A stretch of DNA of 52,230 nt from Lophium mytilinum (lineage: Eukaryota), in the NCBI GenBank assembly GCA_010093605.1, contig MU004203.1:148156-200385 (forward strand), given 5' to 3'. The position numbers and the translations under genes were made by a program. Below, piece by piece: positions 48,957 to 52,230 of the stretch (its first letter is position 1; every line of letters starts with the position of its first letter). The notes under the pieces are model-generated. The model saw nothing but the letters and a program-made list of their open reading frames with translations, searched no databases and was not told where the DNA came from.

Positions 48957-50172
48957 TAGCTCTTTCTCTTAATAAAGCTAATAAGATCTAGTTACTATTA
49001 TACTTATATTAATTATTAACCTTCTAATAGTCTAGAGGTTTTATAATCTCTACTATACTTAGCTAATAGCCTTTAATAATTCTATTCTAATTTCTTAAGC
49101 CTTTTAATACTATACTATACCTTCTAATTATCTAAACTATACTAAATACCCCCTAAAGTTTAAAGGTAGTAGTAGAGCTTAGAGAAATATACTACTTTAA
49201 GAGTTTCTTAGTAATATTAGAAATAATAAACTAATTTTAAATAAGAATTATAGCTATACTTTACGCTTTATAGAGCTTCTTAAATAGTATTTAGACTTAA
49301 GGCTAGAGTATAGTAAGAATTCTAGGGCTTCTTCTATCTATAGGGCCTATAACTACTACTTAAGAATATTCTTAGAAGGCTATTAGTTTAGTAAATATAT
49401 TTAGGCTTATAATCTAGATAGTTCTTCTCTTTACTAAGAATTCTATATAGAATATTATTAGTAGAGTAGTAAGGAAACTTATTTATTCTAAGGTAAGTTT
49501 AGCTTTACTTTTAAAGTATTTTAGAACTTAGCTAATACCTATTATAAAAGAATAGACTCTAGTAGCTTATTAGAAGACTACTAGGGCTTATATTTAATAA
49601 GGTTACTATAATATTACTAAGTTTATATCTTCTTTTTATAACTAAAAATCTTTTAAGCGCCTAGCTAAAAATATAGTATACTTAGCTTTAGCTATATAGC
49701 TACTAATAGAATTAATTTAAAGAAAGACTACTATACTACTATATAATCTAGGTATTTCTTATACTTTTAAATCTCTAATAGCTTAATATTATCTATAGAG
49801 CTCTAGTAGTACTTCTACTTAGACTTCTAGTTTAAGTTCTAGCTTCTAGTAATTATCTATAGCTATATTAGTTTTAGAAAATATAGCTACTTTAGATTCT
49901 AGTACTTAAGGTCTAAGATAATACTCTCTAACCTCTTCTATTTAGCCTTTAACTTCTTTAACTTTTTTAACCTTTTATTATTCTTTTTTAGGTTCTCTAT
50001 AGCGCTTTTAAGAGCCTACTTCTAATATACTATTAAGCCGCCGCTTATTCTAGTTATTTATTAGTAATAATAATAACTCTACTAGAGAGACCCCTTTAAA
50101 CTCTACTTAGTATTAGATAGGCTCTCTAAATACTATTCTCTAGAAGAATAGGGCTAGTAAGTATAGCTAAAA

Positions 50173-50380
50173 NNNNNNNNNNNNNNNNNNNNNNNNNNNN
50201 NNNNNNNNNNNNNNNNNNNNNNNNNNNNNNNNNNNNNNNNNNNNNNNNNNNNNNNNNNNNNNNNNNNNNNNNNNNNNNNNNNNNNNNNNNNNNNNNNNNN
50301 NNNNNNNNNNNNNNNNNNNNNNNNNNNNNNNNNNNNNNNNNNNNNNNNNNNNNNNNNNNNNNNNNNNNNNNNNNNNNNNN
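50173..50380. other. Assembly gap
   Basis: Run of N. Confidence 1.
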
Positions 50381-52230
50381 AATTCTCTAAAGATAAAATA
50401 TAGCTAAATAAGTAATAATAAAAAATTAAACACTTAAATCTAAATTAATAAAGAAAATCTAGATAATAAATATATAGAGTTCTTCTAATACTCTATTAGC
50501 TTAGAATAGAAGCGCTATTTAAGCTCTCTTATACTTTCTTTTATATAACTTTATATTAAGAGCTTAGATAGGTTATATTATAGATATATTAAAATTACTA
50601 TCTAAATCTAACTTATAATTACTGCTAGTATTCTTATTATCTTTAATATCTATTATACTAGTATTACTACTAGAGAAGCTCTCTAATTAAATATTAGAGT
50701 TAGTATTCTTATCTAAGGACTTATTATTTATGCGCATTTTAGTATTCTTAGCTCTTAAGTTAATCTCTTTATTCTGCAGCTCCGCAGTATTATTAGTTTA
50801 AATAATAGTATTACTCCTTAGCTATATAATAATAGTATTTCTATTATACTTATTATTATCTTAGTGCGCAGTATTAGGTAATTAGATAGTAGTATTTATA
50901 CTCTTAGATATTCTATTACTATCTTAAGCTAATTCTAATAGCTCCCTATTATTAGTATCTATAGCTAGTACTAATATATTATTAGGTTATTCTATAGGTG
51001 CTGTATAATTACTAGTTCTCTATAGAATATTAAGCTTATTTTAACTTATCTCTAGCTTATATATATAAACTTTCTAATAGGTATTTATAGTAGTCTTACC
51101 TATATCTTTATATTATATAACTATAAAGCTAGTAACCTATACTAGTATAATAGTTAATTAACCCTTCTTAGGTTTCTTTTTCTTAGTAGCCTATTAGTCT
51201 TTCTTAAGAACTCTTTCTTTAAAATCTCTTAGTATTTAATATAGCTTTAGTTTAGGTAGTTTCTAAGTATTCTTCTTTTCTTTCTAGAAGAGCTCCGCGC
51301 CCTTATACTACTATTTTAATTAATACTTAGTAATCTTCTAATTCTATTCTACTTTAGAAATTATAGTAAACTTAGACTATAGCTTTCTATTAGCGTTATC
51401 TATATCTAATGCATCTATAATAGCATTATTACTAGATTTAATTTCTTCTTAATATATAGCACGCTCTTTATTAGTATTATTAAAATCCTCTTAGTTTTAA
51501 AGTGCTTAGTTATCTTCTAATATATTATTAGAATATTCTAAGCTATATTTAGAGTCTTCTTAGTTCTAAAACTTTATATAAGTATTAATGTATGTATTTA
51601 CTAACCTATTACTATAAATAAGGTTCTTTAATACTTAATTAGTAGGCATTTAAAGTATATAGGTACTAAAAGAATAAGTAGTAATAATTTTAAATAGACT
51701 AAACTATTTTACTCTAAATTTCCTCTTAACCTTATTTTAAAAGAGTATCTAAGAACTAATCTTCTATTAAGTAACTAGATACTTCTTAGATAGAGGATGT
51801 AGATTCTATAGGCCTACTATAATTACTTTCTCTAGTAGCTAATCTTCTACTAGTATATATATATATTAAACTTTTCTAATATAGGCTAAATAATACTCTA
51901 ATTTAGCTTCTTTATCTATAGTCTTATTAAGAGCTAGTACTAAAGTATTATTAGGCACTTAAGAACGTCTACTATATATAAGATAGTAGAGAGTATAGCT
52001 ATAGAAGGTATTCTAAGTATATATTATATATACTATAGCTAGTAACTAGATATTCTATATAGCTATATCTTAATTAATTATTAGCTTTATAAGGATATTC
52101 TCTAAGACTCTATTAAGCCTCTCTATTTTACTATTTACCTAAGAGTAATATAGTATTATAATATTATAGTAAGTCTTAATAAGCTTTTATAGTACTATAA
52201 TAACTTTAGAAAGAAAGTTTAAACTATTAT

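Larger units (their letters stand above)
33450..52230. other. AT-rich RIP-mutated repeat block
   Basis: Abrupt GC drop, strong TpA excess, near absence of CpA/TpG, and transposon ORFs full of TAA/TAG stops. Confidence 0.95.
48377..52230. mobile_element. Older RIP-degraded repeat(s) of unidentified class; likely continuous with 33480-33973 (host of the Gypsy insertion)
   Basis: Same RIP signature on both sides of the Gypsy TSD; coding-like texture but no motif I could assign. Confidence 0.5.

Noticed and set aside
1..52230. tRNA or rRNA genes
   Set aside because: No cloverleaf/A-B box or rRNA signature recognised by eye; tRNAscan-SE and Rfam scans were not run.

Overview
Eukaryotic DNA from a filamentous ascomycete, judged from short GT-AG introns with CTRAC branch points and a RIP-mutated repeat block. 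Bases 1-29.1 kb are gene-rich: RMT3/PRMT3, RAV1, two hypothetical genes, a short-chain dehydrogenase, and the divergent pair USO1/RAT1. The main find, invisible in the ORF track, is a U4 spliceosomal snRNA gene on the minus strand (15553-~15372). It is split 13 nt from its 5' end by a canonical 53-nt spliceosomal intron lying in the U4/U6 stem II region. Bases 29.3-33.4 kb hold a non-coding array of 25 conserved cores with stepwise unit lengths (~108, ~161, ~213-226 bp); related degenerate arrays sit in intergenic DNA at ~4.9-5.6, ~20-21.1 and possibly ~12.2-13.5 kb. From ~33.45 kb to the end is an AT-rich RIP block. It contains a complete chromodomain Ty3/Gypsy element (221-bp LTRs, AAGAG TSD) carrying a full-length Tad1-like LINE (13-bp TSD), all inside an older unidentified repeat, with three assembly gaps. 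All coordinates, alignments and splice models were worked out by eye; no database searches were run.
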